A stretch of 64,000 bases of DNA from the IMG/VR virus record IMGVR_UViG_3300042291_001557, positions 1-64,000 of that record, one strand, 5' to 3'. This stretch comes from a virus. The position numbers and the translations under genes are program-made. Of the stretch, positions 1-9,565 are shown piece after piece. Position 1 is the stretch's first letter; the number at the start of each line of letters is the position of its first letter. The notes below the pieces were generated by a model. That model worked only from the letters and a program-made list of their open reading frames with translations. It was not told the origin of the DNA and searched no databases.

Positions 1-2071
1 CATCGCCGTCTTCTGAGTCGTCGTATGAGTCGTCCCTATTTCGTCTGTCGACCTTGGCCCAGATATACCCAGTAAGCAAACCCGCTAGGGCTGGGTTGTC
101 AGCAATCGTTTGCAGCAATCCAGAAGAGAACCTATCATCCCTGTCTCTCCATGTTTCTTCGTCCTGCCATGCTGCATAGTCGGCAGCTTCCTCGGGAGTC
201 ATATCAGCAAGATTTATGTTGCTTCCTGTGTCAATAGTTTCTTTTTTGGGAGCAGGCTGTTTCCCTATTGGGTTTGTCGCGTTTTCTCCTCTTGCCCTAT
301 CTGCTTCTCGCTGCTTTGCAAGCTCACGAGCGTATTCAGCATCATCCCTACCAGAAGAAAGCCTTGTAGCCTTCTTTGGGGCGTTTGACACTTTAGGGGC
401 TTTAGCCTTTGGGGTCTTTGGAGTCTTTGGCCCGTCGATTGAATTAGGGCCATCCGGTGTTGGGTCCGGCTGGGACAGGGACATGCCACGACCATCGGTA
501 AGGCCTTCGCCTACAATGCCGTTATTGTTCCTGTCCGGTGCGTTTTTTGGGTCCCACATCGTTCCATCACTGAGTCTTACTACAGCTCCCCGTGAACCAA
601 TACCGCGACTTCTTGATGCGAGGTTGGGATTCGTATCTCTTCTATTGCGCCCACTGCCGATATTTGGTCTATCTACAGCTCTGTCAACCATGTTGCCGAT
701 GCTGCGAAATACGCCCTTTGTAGCGATGTCCATTGCATCAAGGAATTCACTATCAAGCGACTTGACAATGATTCCATCTTCGGTAACCGTTGCGTCAACT
801 CTGTAGTAATCAAGAACTGGGTCAATGGCTTGCTTGACCTGAAATGCGTTTTCAATATCGACAGGGATTATGTACGTTGACTTCTCTTCAATAATCTTCT
901 CAAGGTTACTGATGACGCTATTCAGGGTTGAGGTGTCAACTTGCTGAGCAGGTATTTGCTGACCAAAACCACCCCCCCAGCTTGTATCGTCAAAAGAGAT
1001 TAGCGACTTTCCTGCGTCGAACATATCTGGATTGCTGTATCCAGCAACTTGAGGCATAGCGCCTGGCATGTCGGGAACGCTTGATTCTGGGTTCATCTGC
1101 ATGTTGATTTTTTCTGGCTTACCAAACATGAACTCGCCGTTCATGAAGTGGTAAGGAAGCTTGTATGTGCTTGAAACTCCATCAGAGGTAATTCTGTCGA
1201 AAACAACATTGTTCTCAGCTGCCGAGCGAACAATTATGTTCGAGCCGGTTCTGGCAACAAGTTCTCTTCTTATTGCTACAAGCATTGGGTTCTCTGGCAT
1301 TGATGGGACTTCTGGCTTAACAGCATCTCTTGGTGCCTGAGTTTGCATTGGCTTTGGTGCAGACGGCATCCCTGGTCCGCCGGAAGGCATCCCCACGGGC
1401 ATGTTCATGGGCATTGTTGGTCCGCATTTTTCGTCAGTTGCTACTGCCATTGTCTTGAGAGCATCAAGTACAGAAGAGAGTTCGTTTACGTTAAGACCAT
1501 CAATGGTCGGCTGCTCGTTTACTAAAACTGACGAAGACTGGTCTTCGGACTTTATTGAAATTGTTCCTGTCAGCTGATTTGCACCATGAAGGACTGGAGA
1601 AACTTCGTAAAGTTCAACTTCGTACAAAATATTTGCTTGCATTTGGGGGTCGAACTTGGCGTTAATAGTCTTGTAGCCAATTGACCACTCTTGTTCTTCG
1701 CCAAAGAATGCCACGTTTGCAAAAGCTTCACGGCCCTTTTCCGACTTCAAGTTGAACTGAACACGAGCATACAAACCGCCAATACCGGCAGCTTTCATTT
1801 TGCCAGGAAGACGAGGGTCGCTAGGCGGAACCTCATACATATCAAGGACTTTACCGATTGGGTCGTTCCAGTTGTGACCCCAAACAACGCGAGGCTTGCG
1901 TCTAATCAGGCTCTTACCAAAAGCTCCAGGGGCACAAACATCGCCTACTGAGTCTTTGTTTCCAATACCTGCGACAAAACACTCAACGATGCCTTCGGCC
2001 TCGTCAAGATTGACCATCCCTTGCGGTGCGGCCTTGTACTGAATGTCAGAATTTTTTTTCGAAGAGGGCAT
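1..2071 (-). CDS. Prohead (capsid maturation) protease, HK97/S78 type, with a >500 aa C-terminal extension; truncated by the window edge
   Basis: Not in the ORF track; translated by hand. ATG at 2071 with an AGGAG RBS, and no stop down to position 1 (>690 codons). N-terminus MPSSKKNSDIQYK...GNKDSVGDVCAPGAF...VVWGHNWNDPIGK...EWSIGY...LYEVSPVLHGAN contains the His (WGH), Ser (WSIGY) and EVSPV motifs of HK97-family proteases. Confidence 0.88.
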   Translation of the reverse strand, partial: MPSSKKNSDIQYKAAPQGMVNLDEAEGIVECFVAGIGNKDSVGDVCAPGAFGKSLIRRKPRVVWGHNWNDPIGKVLDMYEVPPSDPRLPGKMKAAGIGGLYARVQFNLKSEKGREAFANVAFFGEEQEWSIGYKTINAKFDPQMQANILYEVELYEVSPVLHGANQLTGTISIKSEDQSSSVLVNEQPTIDGLNVNELSSVLDALKTMAVATDEKCGPTMPMNMPVGMPSGGPGMPSAPKPMQTQAPRDAVKPEVPSMPENPMLVAIRRELVARTGSNIIVRSAAENNVVFDRITSDGVSSTYKLPYHFMNGEFMFGKPEKINMQMNPESSVPDMPGAMPQVAGYSNPDMFDAGKSLISFDDTSWGGGFGQQIPAQQVDTSTLNSVISNLEKIIEEKSTYIIPVDIENAFQVKQAIDPVLDYYRVDATVTEDGIIVKSLDSEFLDAMDIATKGVFRSIGNMVDRAVDRPNIGSGRNRRDTNPNLASRSRGIGSRGAVVRLSDGTMWDPKNAPDRNNNGIVGEGLTDGRGMSLSQPDPTPDGPNSIDGPKTPKTPKAKAPKVSNAPKKATRLSSGRDDAEYARELAKQREADRARGENATNPIGKQPAPKKETIDTGSNINLADMTPEEAADYAAWQDEETWRDRDDRFSSGLLQTIADNPALAGLLTGYIWAKVDRRNRDDSYDDSEDGD

Positions 2072-2170
2072 GTGGCTCCTTGTGTATTCTTCGATAATAA
2101 ACGACAAAGACTGCACCAAACGGCAAGTATTAGGGTTTTTCGGTTTGTTTACTAAAACCAAATACTAAAA

Positions 2171-4243
2171 CTATACTGTGATGTACTTTCCGTATGTCCA
2201 TGCCCGACGAGCTTCTTCTTCGGCAATTTCAGGAATTCTCTTTGCAAGCACATTTGTGTACAAAGAAACAATGTTCGACCTGAACGCTCCGGCTCTCTGG
2301 TCTTCATCGGAAATGTTCATCGAAGAAAGCATTAGTGATGTTATTTCATCCGTCAAATCCTGGTTGAGGCTTTTCATTCTCGACATTTGAGATTCAACTT
2401 GAGCAATAATGTCTGCTTCTGTATTTGAATTCTTTGCGGACTTCTTACCAACAGGAGAAGAGGCCTTCAGGGATTCTTTAACAATTGCAGTCACAACAGG
2501 CTTGATGTCTTCATCAAACTGCCTGTCCCATGTCTCCGTCGAGAGAACTGAAGGGATATCAAGAGTTCCAGCAAACAAAGCCTTCTTGGCCTTTGCTCCA
2601 CTCGACTTCTCTAGAACAACCCTTTGCTGTCTTTCAAGAACTCTTTCCATGCTTCTGACGAGAATTTCTTCCCATCTTTCCATCTCTAATTTCTGAGAAC
2701 TGTTTTCAGCCTCAAGAGACTTTGTCTCAAACTCGGAAGATTCAGCGCTTGTTGCACCCATAGGTAAAGGCTCTGCGCCAGTCATCATGCCGGGAGGCAT
2801 TCCAGGAATCGGAGACTGAGCCAACTCGCCACCCGGAGGTGCGGTTGAGCCGACTTCTGCAAGTGCTCCTGCCATTGTGTTTGGGTCCACAGGCGGTTCC
2901 CCGGGTGCTGGAGGCATGCCTGGCATTGCAGGGGCACCTGGTGGCATGCCTGGTACTCCTGGCTGTCCTGGGGCTCCAGGGACCTGAACCTGAGATGGGT
3001 CTGGCATCTTCTTCTTTGTGTTGGAGATTGGAATCAGGTTTGGGTTAGCCAGCAACGAGTCAGCCAAATCACTTTCGGTCTCTTTACGACCTGAGCCAAT
3101 TCGGTATTCGTTGTTGCTGATTAGACCTGCGTTAAACTCATCCATCAAGTAGCGATGACGCTCCTGTTCGTAGAGCATCAAAATGGGCACTTGGTCCACG
3201 TTGAAGTCAACGTAGTTGTCTACATCGAGTTCGTCTAAGGCGCGAGACAAAATTTCCAAGTGAGGAAGCATTGTCTCCATCCAGAAAACGCGGATTTCTT
3301 CAGAAGCGTTGCTGAATGTTCTTCCTGCAGCGTTTCCGATTACGGATTCAGGAACACCAAACGAAGCAAGAATTTCTTCTTTTGTAAGTTGGCGCATTTG
3401 GATGTAAGCAGCATCTCTTGGGTTTGCTGATGTGTCGATGTAGTCAACTCCATCGTCTGATGCAATAACGGAGGTATATCCAACACGAGACAAGTTTCCA
3501 CGGAATCTGCTTCTTAGCTCTTCTTTGTCATCATCATCTATTTCTCCCTTGAGAACAAGAAGACCACCAGGTCTGCCGTCATTGAGAAGATAGTTTCTGT
3601 TGTAAAGCTTTGCTAGGTTTTCTATTTCAATCGCCACTCCGCATGCTTCAAGAGGAGTTAGTGAGAGATACGGGTCAATTGGGTGAGGTCTTCTTACCCA
3701 GCAAACATCTTCTGGTTTTAGGAATATCTTATCCCCGGCAGGCATTTGGACTTCATAGCCAGAAACAAACTTTTTAGGGTCAGGGATTGGGGATGTTGAC
3801 TGTGGCGGCAGAAGGTTGAGACCGATAATGCTTCCATCACGTCCTCTTACTTTTTCAATAAAGGCACCTCTAGTGCCGAGAAGAAGCTGAGCAGAAAGCC
3901 TATATCTAAAGATGTAGGAGTTCTCACCGATGTTTGACTTGCTGTTCAAGATGTTAAGCAATGGCATCTTTTTGGCTTCTTTTATGGAAATAATTTCACC
4001 GTGCGGCGAGTTGTCTTTCCTAAGAATGATTGGGAGCCTGGCTTGGTTGCCGGCAATAGCATCAATACACCTAGAAACCCAGGTAACTTTCTGCATTCCT
4101 TCTCGATATGCGCGCTCAATATCCCATGAGTCTCTGTACGGCTTGCCTGCATATCCAGGGTTTTGGGCTACTGGCGCACCAGGTCCAATGTCTTTTTGTG
4201 CTTGGTTGTTTAGCGATTTGTTTGTGGAGGGATTCCATGCCAT
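2171..4243 (-). CDS. Portal protein (HK97 family) with a Pro/Gly/Met-rich linker and C-terminal extension
   Basis: WVSRCIDAIAGNQARLP, LLLGTRGAFI, NDGRPGGLL, EILASFGVPESVIG and GLISNNEYR motifs; lies upstream of the protease. ATG at 4243 preferred over the track GTG at 4258. Confidence 0.9.
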   Translation of the reverse strand: MAWNPSTNKSLNNQAQKDIGPGAPVAQNPGYAGKPYRDSWDIERAYREGMQKVTWVSRCIDAIAGNQARLPIILRKDNSPHGEIISIKEAKKMPLLNILNSKSNIGENSYIFRYRLSAQLLLGTRGAFIEKVRGRDGSIIGLNLLPPQSTSPIPDPKKFVSGYEVQMPAGDKIFLKPEDVCWVRRPHPIDPYLSLTPLEACGVAIEIENLAKLYNRNYLLNDGRPGGLLVLKGEIDDDDKEELRSRFRGNLSRVGYTSVIASDDGVDYIDTSANPRDAAYIQMRQLTKEEILASFGVPESVIGNAAGRTFSNASEEIRVFWMETMLPHLEILSRALDELDVDNYVDFNVDQVPILMLYEQERHRYLMDEFNAGLISNNEYRIGSGRKETESDLADSLLANPNLIPISNTKKKMPDPSQVQVPGAPGQPGVPGMPPGAPAMPGMPPAPGEPPVDPNTMAGALAEVGSTAPPGGELAQSPIPGMPPGMMTGAEPLPMGATSAESSEFETKSLEAENSSQKLEMERWEEILVRSMERVLERQQRVVLEKSSGAKAKKALFAGTLDIPSVLSTETWDRQFDEDIKPVVTAIVKESLKASSPVGKKSAKNSNTEADIIAQVESQMSRMKSLNQDLTDEITSLMLSSMNISDEDQRAGAFRSNIVSLYTNVLAKRIPEIAEEEARRAWTYGKYITV

Positions 4244-4250
4244 ATTTTTT

Positions 4251-4430
4251 TTACTCACGACCTAACAGAAAACCAAACAGGCCACACGAAACCCCTCCGA
4301 CCAGTAAACCGGAAGGGAGGTATATAAGTGCCGCACCAATACTAGATAGTATTATAAATGAAACCATGAAAAAATAAGCGAACAATGACCTGTTTAACTT
4401 GCTTTTAAATCGTAACCAGAAAATTTTCAT
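4251..4430 (-). CDS. Small membrane protein (59 aa) upstream of portal
   Basis: Hand-translated MKIFWLRFKSKLNRSLFAYFFMVSFIILSSIGAALIYLPSGLLVGGVSCGLFGFLLGRE; two hydrophobic helices; TAGTCT -10 box 8 nt upstream. Confidence 0.7.
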   Translation of the reverse strand: MKIFWLRFKSKLNRSLFAYFFMVSFIILSSIGAALIYLPSGLLVGGVSCGLFGFLLGRE

Positions 4431-4488
4431 ATGCTGCCAGACTAGCGCATTGGAGTATCATCAGGCCTAACAAAGCTGGAGATTATAA

Positions 4489-5805
4489 ATGTCAGAACCA
4501 CAAACTAACTGGGAAAACGTTCTTGAGTATCTCCAGCCAAAGATGTCTGACTATTGCCCAGAAGAGCCTTCCCTGCCCCAGAAGGTGTTCCTGAGAACCA
4601 ATGGACTAGAGGCGCTTTTTGGTGGGGCGGCAGGTGGAGGCAAGTCTTCAGCCCTCCTAATGTCTGCCATGCAATTTGTTGACATACCAGCCTATTCAGC
4701 CATTCTCTTCCGCCGTACGTTTGCCGACTTATCTCTCCCTGGAGCCTTGATGGACCGTTTTAAGTCATGGATGTCCAACTATGACGATGTCCATTGGAAC
4801 AACAATAGTTTCGTTGCCACGTTCCCGTCAGGAGCGAGAATCTCCTTTGGTTACCTAAATAATCAGTCTGACTACCTTCGCTACAAGGGTTCGGAATTCC
4901 AGTTTATTGGGATGGACGAAGTCACCGAAATTCGTGAATCTGACTATAGGTATATGTTCTCCCGTCTGCGTCGTCCTGCGACTGGACCGCTTTCTGAGGT
5001 GCCACTTCGCATGAGATGTGCCTCCAACCCCGCCCCCAACTGGGTCAGGCAAAGATTTATCGTGGAAGGAATCTCGGAGGGAAGAATCTTCGTTCCTTCG
5101 AAGCTGACCGACAACCCCGGAATCGACGTAGATTCATACCGTCAAGCCCTGCAGGCCCTCGACCCCATTGAGCGCAGGCGTCTTGAAGAGGGAGACTGGT
5201 GGAGCACCACTCTGGGAAGCCTATTTGAGCGGGAATCTGTTGTTATTATCGACCAATCCGAGGTCCCAACTATCTCAAATACAGCAAAAGTAGTCCGTTT
5301 TTGGGACCTTGCAGCCACCGAGCCAAGCGCCAACAACCCTGACCCCGACTATACGGTAGGCACATTGATGATGTTTGACGAAGGAATTGCCTACGTTATG
5401 GACGTAAAACGGGCAAGGGTCAAGGGTGAAAAGGTTGAGCAATTGATTGCCCAAACAGCCTACGAAGACGGCCTAAATACCCCAATCCTGATGGAAATGG
5501 AGCCTGGCTCTTCAGGAAAGGCTCTAGTGGACCAGTACGCCAGATACGTACTTCCTGGCTACAGTTTTGCTGGGGTGAGGGCAACGGGGGACAAGGTGAC
5601 AAGAGCCCGCCCATTCGCTGCCGCCATGGCCAATGGCAATGTCAGGGTTGTCAGAGGACCATGGCTAACTCACTGGCTTGACGAGTTCTCGTCTTTCCCT
5701 GAGGCTTGCGACCATGACGACCAAGTCGACTCCGCCGTAGGAGCTTTTACACATTTGGCAGGTTTGGGGTTGCAACAGAGAAGAAGAATTGCTATCGTCA
5801 TCTAG
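4489..5805 (+). CDS. terL: Terminase large subunit
   Basis: Walker A GGAAGGGKS, Walker B FIGMDE, ASNP coupling motif, nuclease-domain FWDLA and HDDQVD; GGAG RBS. Confidence 0.93.
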   Translation: MSEPQTNWENVLEYLQPKMSDYCPEEPSLPQKVFLRTNGLEALFGGAAGGGKSSALLMSAMQFVDIPAYSAILFRRTFADLSLPGALMDRFKSWMSNYDDVHWNNNSFVATFPSGARISFGYLNNQSDYLRYKGSEFQFIGMDEVTEIRESDYRYMFSRLRRPATGPLSEVPLRMRCASNPAPNWVRQRFIVEGISEGRIFVPSKLTDNPGIDVDSYRQALQALDPIERRRLEEGDWWSTTLGSLFERESVVIIDQSEVPTISNTAKVVRFWDLAATEPSANNPDPDYTVGTLMMFDEGIAYVMDVKRARVKGEKVEQLIAQTAYEDGLNTPILMEMEPGSSGKALVDQYARYVLPGYSFAGVRATGDKVTRARPFAAAMANGNVRVVRGPWLTHWLDEFSSFPEACDHDDQVDSAVGAFTHLAGLGLQQRRRIAIVI

Positions 5806-5843
5806 TAACGGGAAACCAATTACTAGATAGGACGGTATTAGAA

Positions 5844-6341
5844 ATGTCTTTAGAAAAAATTGCAGAACTTAGAGTTTTGATTTTTAGTCTTGAAGAAGAA
5901 ATAATGAAAACCATCGACGATGGGGCAACGCTTGAAGAGGCTGGAAACATGCTTCTTCAACTAAACCTCACCAAGCGTGACATGGGCACTGCGTATGACG
6001 CTGTTGCTCATCGCTTTGGACAAATGATGGACATGGAGTCGGTTGTTCCTCTTTCGGGAAACGCCGTAATCGAAAAGAAATCTTCGTATGAACGCAAGGC
6101 GTGGCAACACAAAGAAATAGCCCGAGCCGTTATTAGCAGGTTGGGCCAAATGTCGGTTGACATGGACACTGGCGAAGTTGTAAAGTCCCCAGAGGATATT
6201 GCAATGGAGTTAATGACTTACTGCGCTCCTTCTTACTGGAGAATCAAAGAACTAAACGGCATCGGCATTAACCCAGATATGTACTGCGAAACAGGTCAAC
6301 TAAAAACAAGCATTATCGTCAGAAAGGGCGACTCAGAATGA
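5844..6341 (+). CDS. Hypothetical phage protein (recombination module)
   Basis: 165 aa ORF overlapping the start of the annealing-protein gene (ATGA coupling). Confidence 0.7.
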   Translation: MSLEKIAELRVLIFSLEEEIMKTIDDGATLEEAGNMLLQLNLTKRDMGTAYDAVAHRFGQMMDMESVVPLSGNAVIEKKSSYERKAWQHKEIARAVISRLGQMSVDMDTGEVVKSPEDIAMELMTYCAPSYWRIKELNGIGINPDMYCETGQLKTSIIVRKGDSE

Positions 6342-6994
6342 ACACCAACATAACCCAGCTACTAGCAGAACCATTCCCACGGGAAATGGAAAAAATCCTC
6401 AAGAAGGGTGGAGCTTCTCTTACTTACATTCCAGTGAGCGAAGTTATTACGCGCCTCAACAAGGTTCTTGGAATTGACTCATGGTCGTTCAACATCCTCT
6501 CTTGCGACAGAGACTCCCTTGACCCTGAGTACATCGTTGCTCATGTTCGTTTAATATGGCACACAGACGCAACCCGTCCTGAAAGCACTGTCGTTCGTGA
6601 TGGGTTTGGTGGGCAAAAAATCAAGCGCACCAAAACCGGAGACATTGTTGACCTTGGAGACGAGATGAAGGGTGCCGTATCTGATGCACTTAAAAAAGCC
6701 GCTCAGACTCTTGGCGTAGGTCTTTACCTTGCCCGCAGTGAAGAGGCGATGGATATTGAAGAAGCAATGAGCATTTCTCCAGCAGAGCAAGGACGACTTG
6801 ACAAGTGGGAACAGTTTGCAGGACTTGCAAAGGCTCTTAACGCTGGTCAAAAAACAGAACTTAATGATTTCTGGGAAAAGCATGCTGGTGGTCGTCCAAA
6901 GCCAACTAAGTCAAACGCAACCGACCAAGACTTAGATGACCTGATTGCGGAAATTGTCCGCATCCAGTTCGGTGGCACTCTTGTCTCAGAATGA
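6338..6994 (+). CDS. Rad52/Rad22 (Sak-like) single-strand annealing protein
   Basis: LTYIPVSEVITRLNKVLG and KGAVSDALKKAAQTLGVGLYL motifs. Confidence 0.85.
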   Translation: MNTNITQLLAEPFPREMEKILKKGGASLTYIPVSEVITRLNKVLGIDSWSFNILSCDRDSLDPEYIVAHVRLIWHTDATRPESTVVRDGFGGQKIKRTKTGDIVDLGDEMKGAVSDALKKAAQTLGVGLYLARSEEAMDIEEAMSISPAEQGRLDKWEQFAGLAKALNAGQKTELNDFWEKHAGGRPKPTKSNATDQDLDDLIAEIVRIQFGGTLVSE

Positions 6995-7766
6995 GTTAAC
7001 GCCACCCCCTCACCTTTCTGCTTCTTCTATTGGGACATTTCATCAGTGCCCACTGAAGTTTAGGTATAACAAGATTGACCAAATACCCGACGTTTCTGGA
7101 GAAGCGGCAATCATGGGCAACTTTGTCCACGATGTTCTAGAGGAGCTTTACAAACTTCCGGCAATAGACAGAACTCTTGCTAATGCTAAGTTTCTTGCAA
7201 AGCAAGTATGGGATGAAGTCTGGGTTGACAAAGCAACTGCTTCTGTTAAAAATGAAAAAGAAGTTCGTCAATTCAGGTGGCGCTCATGGTTCTGTATTGA
7301 GAATCTATGGACTCTCGAAAACCCACAAGAACTAGAACCGGGCGGTCTTGAGTTTGAGGTTGTAGGAAACATTGAGGGCGTTGTAATCAAGGGCTTTATT
7401 GACCGATATTCAACACTTGGTGATGGAGAGTCGCTTATTGTAAGCGATTATAAAACTGGCAAAACACCACGCCCCCAGTATCAAGCAGACAAGTTCTTTC
7501 AGCTTTACATCTATGCCTACATGTTGGAAAAGATGGGTAAGGGAACCGCCAAGGAACTTGAGCTTCTCTATCTAAAAGATGGCGTAAGACTAAAGAAACA
7601 CGTAACCAGTCGTGAGTCAAAGAACATGATTGAACATGTTATTGAAACAAAACAACAAGTAGATGAGTGCTGTCGCACAGGAGAATTTGAGGCAAGAAAA
7701 TCGATACTCTGCAACTGGTGCAGTTATCAAGAAATTTGCCCCATGTTTGGTGGAAAAAATGATTGA
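6981..7766 (+). CDS. PD-(D/E)XK exonuclease, RecB/Cas4-like, with probable Fe-S cysteines
   Basis: HLSASS...QCP, GNFVHDVLE, GFIDR...DYKTGK, QLYIYA and C-terminal CNWCSYQEIC. Start uncertain (TTG 6981 chosen; track 6945). Confidence 0.85.
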   Translation: MSQNELTPPPHLSASSIGTFHQCPLKFRYNKIDQIPDVSGEAAIMGNFVHDVLEELYKLPAIDRTLANAKFLAKQVWDEVWVDKATASVKNEKEVRQFRWRSWFCIENLWTLENPQELEPGGLEFEVVGNIEGVVIKGFIDRYSTLGDGESLIVSDYKTGKTPRPQYQADKFFQLYIYAYMLEKMGKGTAKELELLYLKDGVRLKKHVTSRESKNMIEHVIETKQQVDECCRTGEFEARKSILCNWCSYQEICPMFGGKND

Positions 7767-8277
7767 TGAAGTTACTTTTGCTCAGATGGTTGCAGAGGAG
7801 GTCAAAAATAAACTGTCCCCCATACAAAGAGACATGCTTACAGACCCTGCGAACTGGAGTAGATGGAAGGACCACCTACAGGCCCTTGTAGACAACCTTG
7901 ATGACCAGATAGGCGACATCGAGTTTGACAACCAATCGGACATTGAGAGATTTGAGTCAATGGGTCGTGATGGGAAAATCCTTGCTCAGGAAGCGTCTAA
8001 AGCGTACGACGCAAGGAAGAAGAAGATTATTCGCTTCAGGTTTCATGTAAACAATCGTTTAGACGAAGTGTCTGCAATGATTGATACTGGAGAAACTCCA
8101 GAATCAAACGGTTGGCAGGAGATGGAAACATTTAAGAAAGCGATTATTAAACATCGTGCTCTTTTGCGTGAGTTTGACCTAGAAGAGACATCAATAGACA
8201 GGGCCTTGTGGGCTGTTCTCAATAACGAGTGGTTGTTTGATTCGATTGACGAGTCAAGCCTTTTCCCAGCAGAGTGA
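7759..8277 (+). CDS. Hypothetical helical protein
   Basis: ATG at 7759 overlaps the end of the nuclease gene; the track start at 7663 lies deep inside the upstream gene. Confidence 0.65.
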   Translation: MIDEVTFAQMVAEEVKNKLSPIQRDMLTDPANWSRWKDHLQALVDNLDDQIGDIEFDNQSDIERFESMGRDGKILAQEASKAYDARKKKIIRFRFHVNNRLDEVSAMIDTGETPESNGWQEMETFKKAIIKHRALLREFDLEETSIDRALWAVLNNEWLFDSIDESSLFPAE

Positions 8278-8648
8278 ATCGCAAGCCCTTAAAGCGGTCG
8301 GACAAGCCGCTAAAAAGAACACCCCTCAAGAAATCTTCAAAGAAGATAAATAATCGTTCTAAGAAGACTGAAGAAAAATACAAACTTCGCAGACCGTTGG
8401 TTGAAAAGCTTTTAGGGGAACGCCCGTGGTGTGAGGCTTGTCCTGTCTTTGCCCAGCATGATGAACTTGCTGTCTATCAGCAAAGACCATCATCGGATGT
8501 TCACGAACTGGTAAGACGCTCGCAGGGTGGCTCCATCCTTGATGAATCAAACCTGATGTGTGTTTGTCGTCCGTGCCATACCCGCATAGGTAATTATCCC
8601 CAGCTTGCTTTTGACCTTGGACTATCCAAGCATTCGTACGACGAATAG
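8274..8648 (+). CDS. HNH endonuclease with basic N-terminus
   Basis: CEAC...DVHE...GGS...NLMCVCRPCH. Confidence 0.8.
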   Translation: MNRKPLKRSDKPLKRTPLKKSSKKINNRSKKTEEKYKLRRPLVEKLLGERPWCEACPVFAQHDELAVYQQRPSSDVHELVRRSQGGSILDESNLMCVCRPCHTRIGNYPQLAFDLGLSKHSYDE

Positions 8649-8651
8649 ACT

Positions 8652-8897
8652 CTATGGCTCTATAAAGATGCACTCGCCAGGGCATTCTTCTGCTGACTCA
8701 ATTACGTCATCAAGTCTGTCGTCCGCAAAAGATGCTAAACCGGCTGCGCCTTCTGGGTTTCCCACAGATGAGGCAAATATCTTGTCGCCTTCTTTTACGT
8801 ACGCTAAGCCATCGTCCATCATCGTAAATACATCTGGAGCTATTTCTGCGCACAGGCCATCCCCGGTACATAGGTCTTGGTCAATCCATACTCTCAT
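8652..8897 (-). CDS. fdx: Ferredoxin (single 3Fe-4S/4Fe-4S cluster, actinobacterial type)
   Basis: CTGDGLCAEIAPDVF...AEECPGECI; Asp replaces the second Cys of the CxxCxxC motif. Confidence 0.9.
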   Translation of the reverse strand: MRVWIDQDLCTGDGLCAEIAPDVFTMMDDGLAYVKEGDKIFASSVGNPEGAAGLASFADDRLDDVIESAEECPGECIFIEP

Positions 8898-9556
8898 TTT
8901 TCTACCTCCGGCTCCAATTTTACTACAGAGCCAATACGTGGTTGTATTCGGTCGTTGTCACTAGGGTATATGTCTCGTAGTTTTTCTCCGTCCGCTGTAG
9001 TAATTGCACCACCATGAAGGACCATGCCAGGACTGAATCCGTAACATGCATTTACAACATCGCAGACGCCAAACATCATGACCGAAAGTCTCCTACGACG
9101 CCATTTTTCGGCTGTGGTTATCTGTTGAATCATTGGGTCTCCAGCACGCCAATTAATCATGGCTGCCCATGTGGACATGTACCCCTTTTCGAGAACACGA
9201 GAGGCTTCTGAGCCTTCCACTACGGTGCCCCAAGGATATCTACCATCTGCAAATCCAAGAAGTATTAAATGAGGAGGCTGAATATGTCGACCATCAAGAA
9301 GAACAAACCAAAGTTTAGTTACTTCGTCTTCTGTTCCGAAAACTTCTTCGCGGTAATACTTAACCACCAAACGGCCTTCTGCGTCGACTTCACCCCAGCC
9401 CCACTCAGTCAGGTCTTCGGTGGGAAGTTCTTCACTATTTGTATACCACCTTTTAGGGGGCGGACGCATGCCAGCAGAAAGCCAACGAATATCAAAGAAA
9501 TTATCGCTTAATTTGTTTCCAGTATCAAGCGCAAATGTTGAGGGTAGTTTTGCCAT
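8894..9556 (-). CDS. Hypothetical protein, possible degenerate GNAT-fold acetyltransferase
   Basis: IQQITTAEKWRRRRLS resembles GNAT motif A and is followed by LH...TADGEKL; TAGTCT 6 nt before the ATG. The fold call is weak. Confidence 0.5.
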   Translation of the reverse strand: MAKLPSTFALDTGNKLSDNFFDIRWLSAGMRPPPKRWYTNSEELPTEDLTEWGWGEVDAEGRLVVKYYREEVFGTEDEVTKLWFVLLDGRHIQPPHLILLGFADGRYPWGTVVEGSEASRVLEKGYMSTWAAMINWRAGDPMIQQITTAEKWRRRRLSVMMFGVCDVVNACYGFSPGMVLHGGAITTADGEKLRDIYPSDNDRIQPRIGSVVKLEPEVEK

Positions 9557-9565
9557 ACGGCAAGA

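Noticed and set aside
110-1951. Short ORFs in the track over 110-1951 (216..806 +, 265..495 -, 673..855 - and others)
   Set aside because: They are antisense or off-frame shadows of the continuous protease ORF (2071 to the edge), which the track omits, presumably because it has no stop in the window.
6981-7766. Cas4-like nuclease as a sign of CRISPR-Cas
   Set aside because: No cas1/cas2 and no repeat-spacer array seen; solo Cas4-like nucleases beside annealing proteins are normal in phages.
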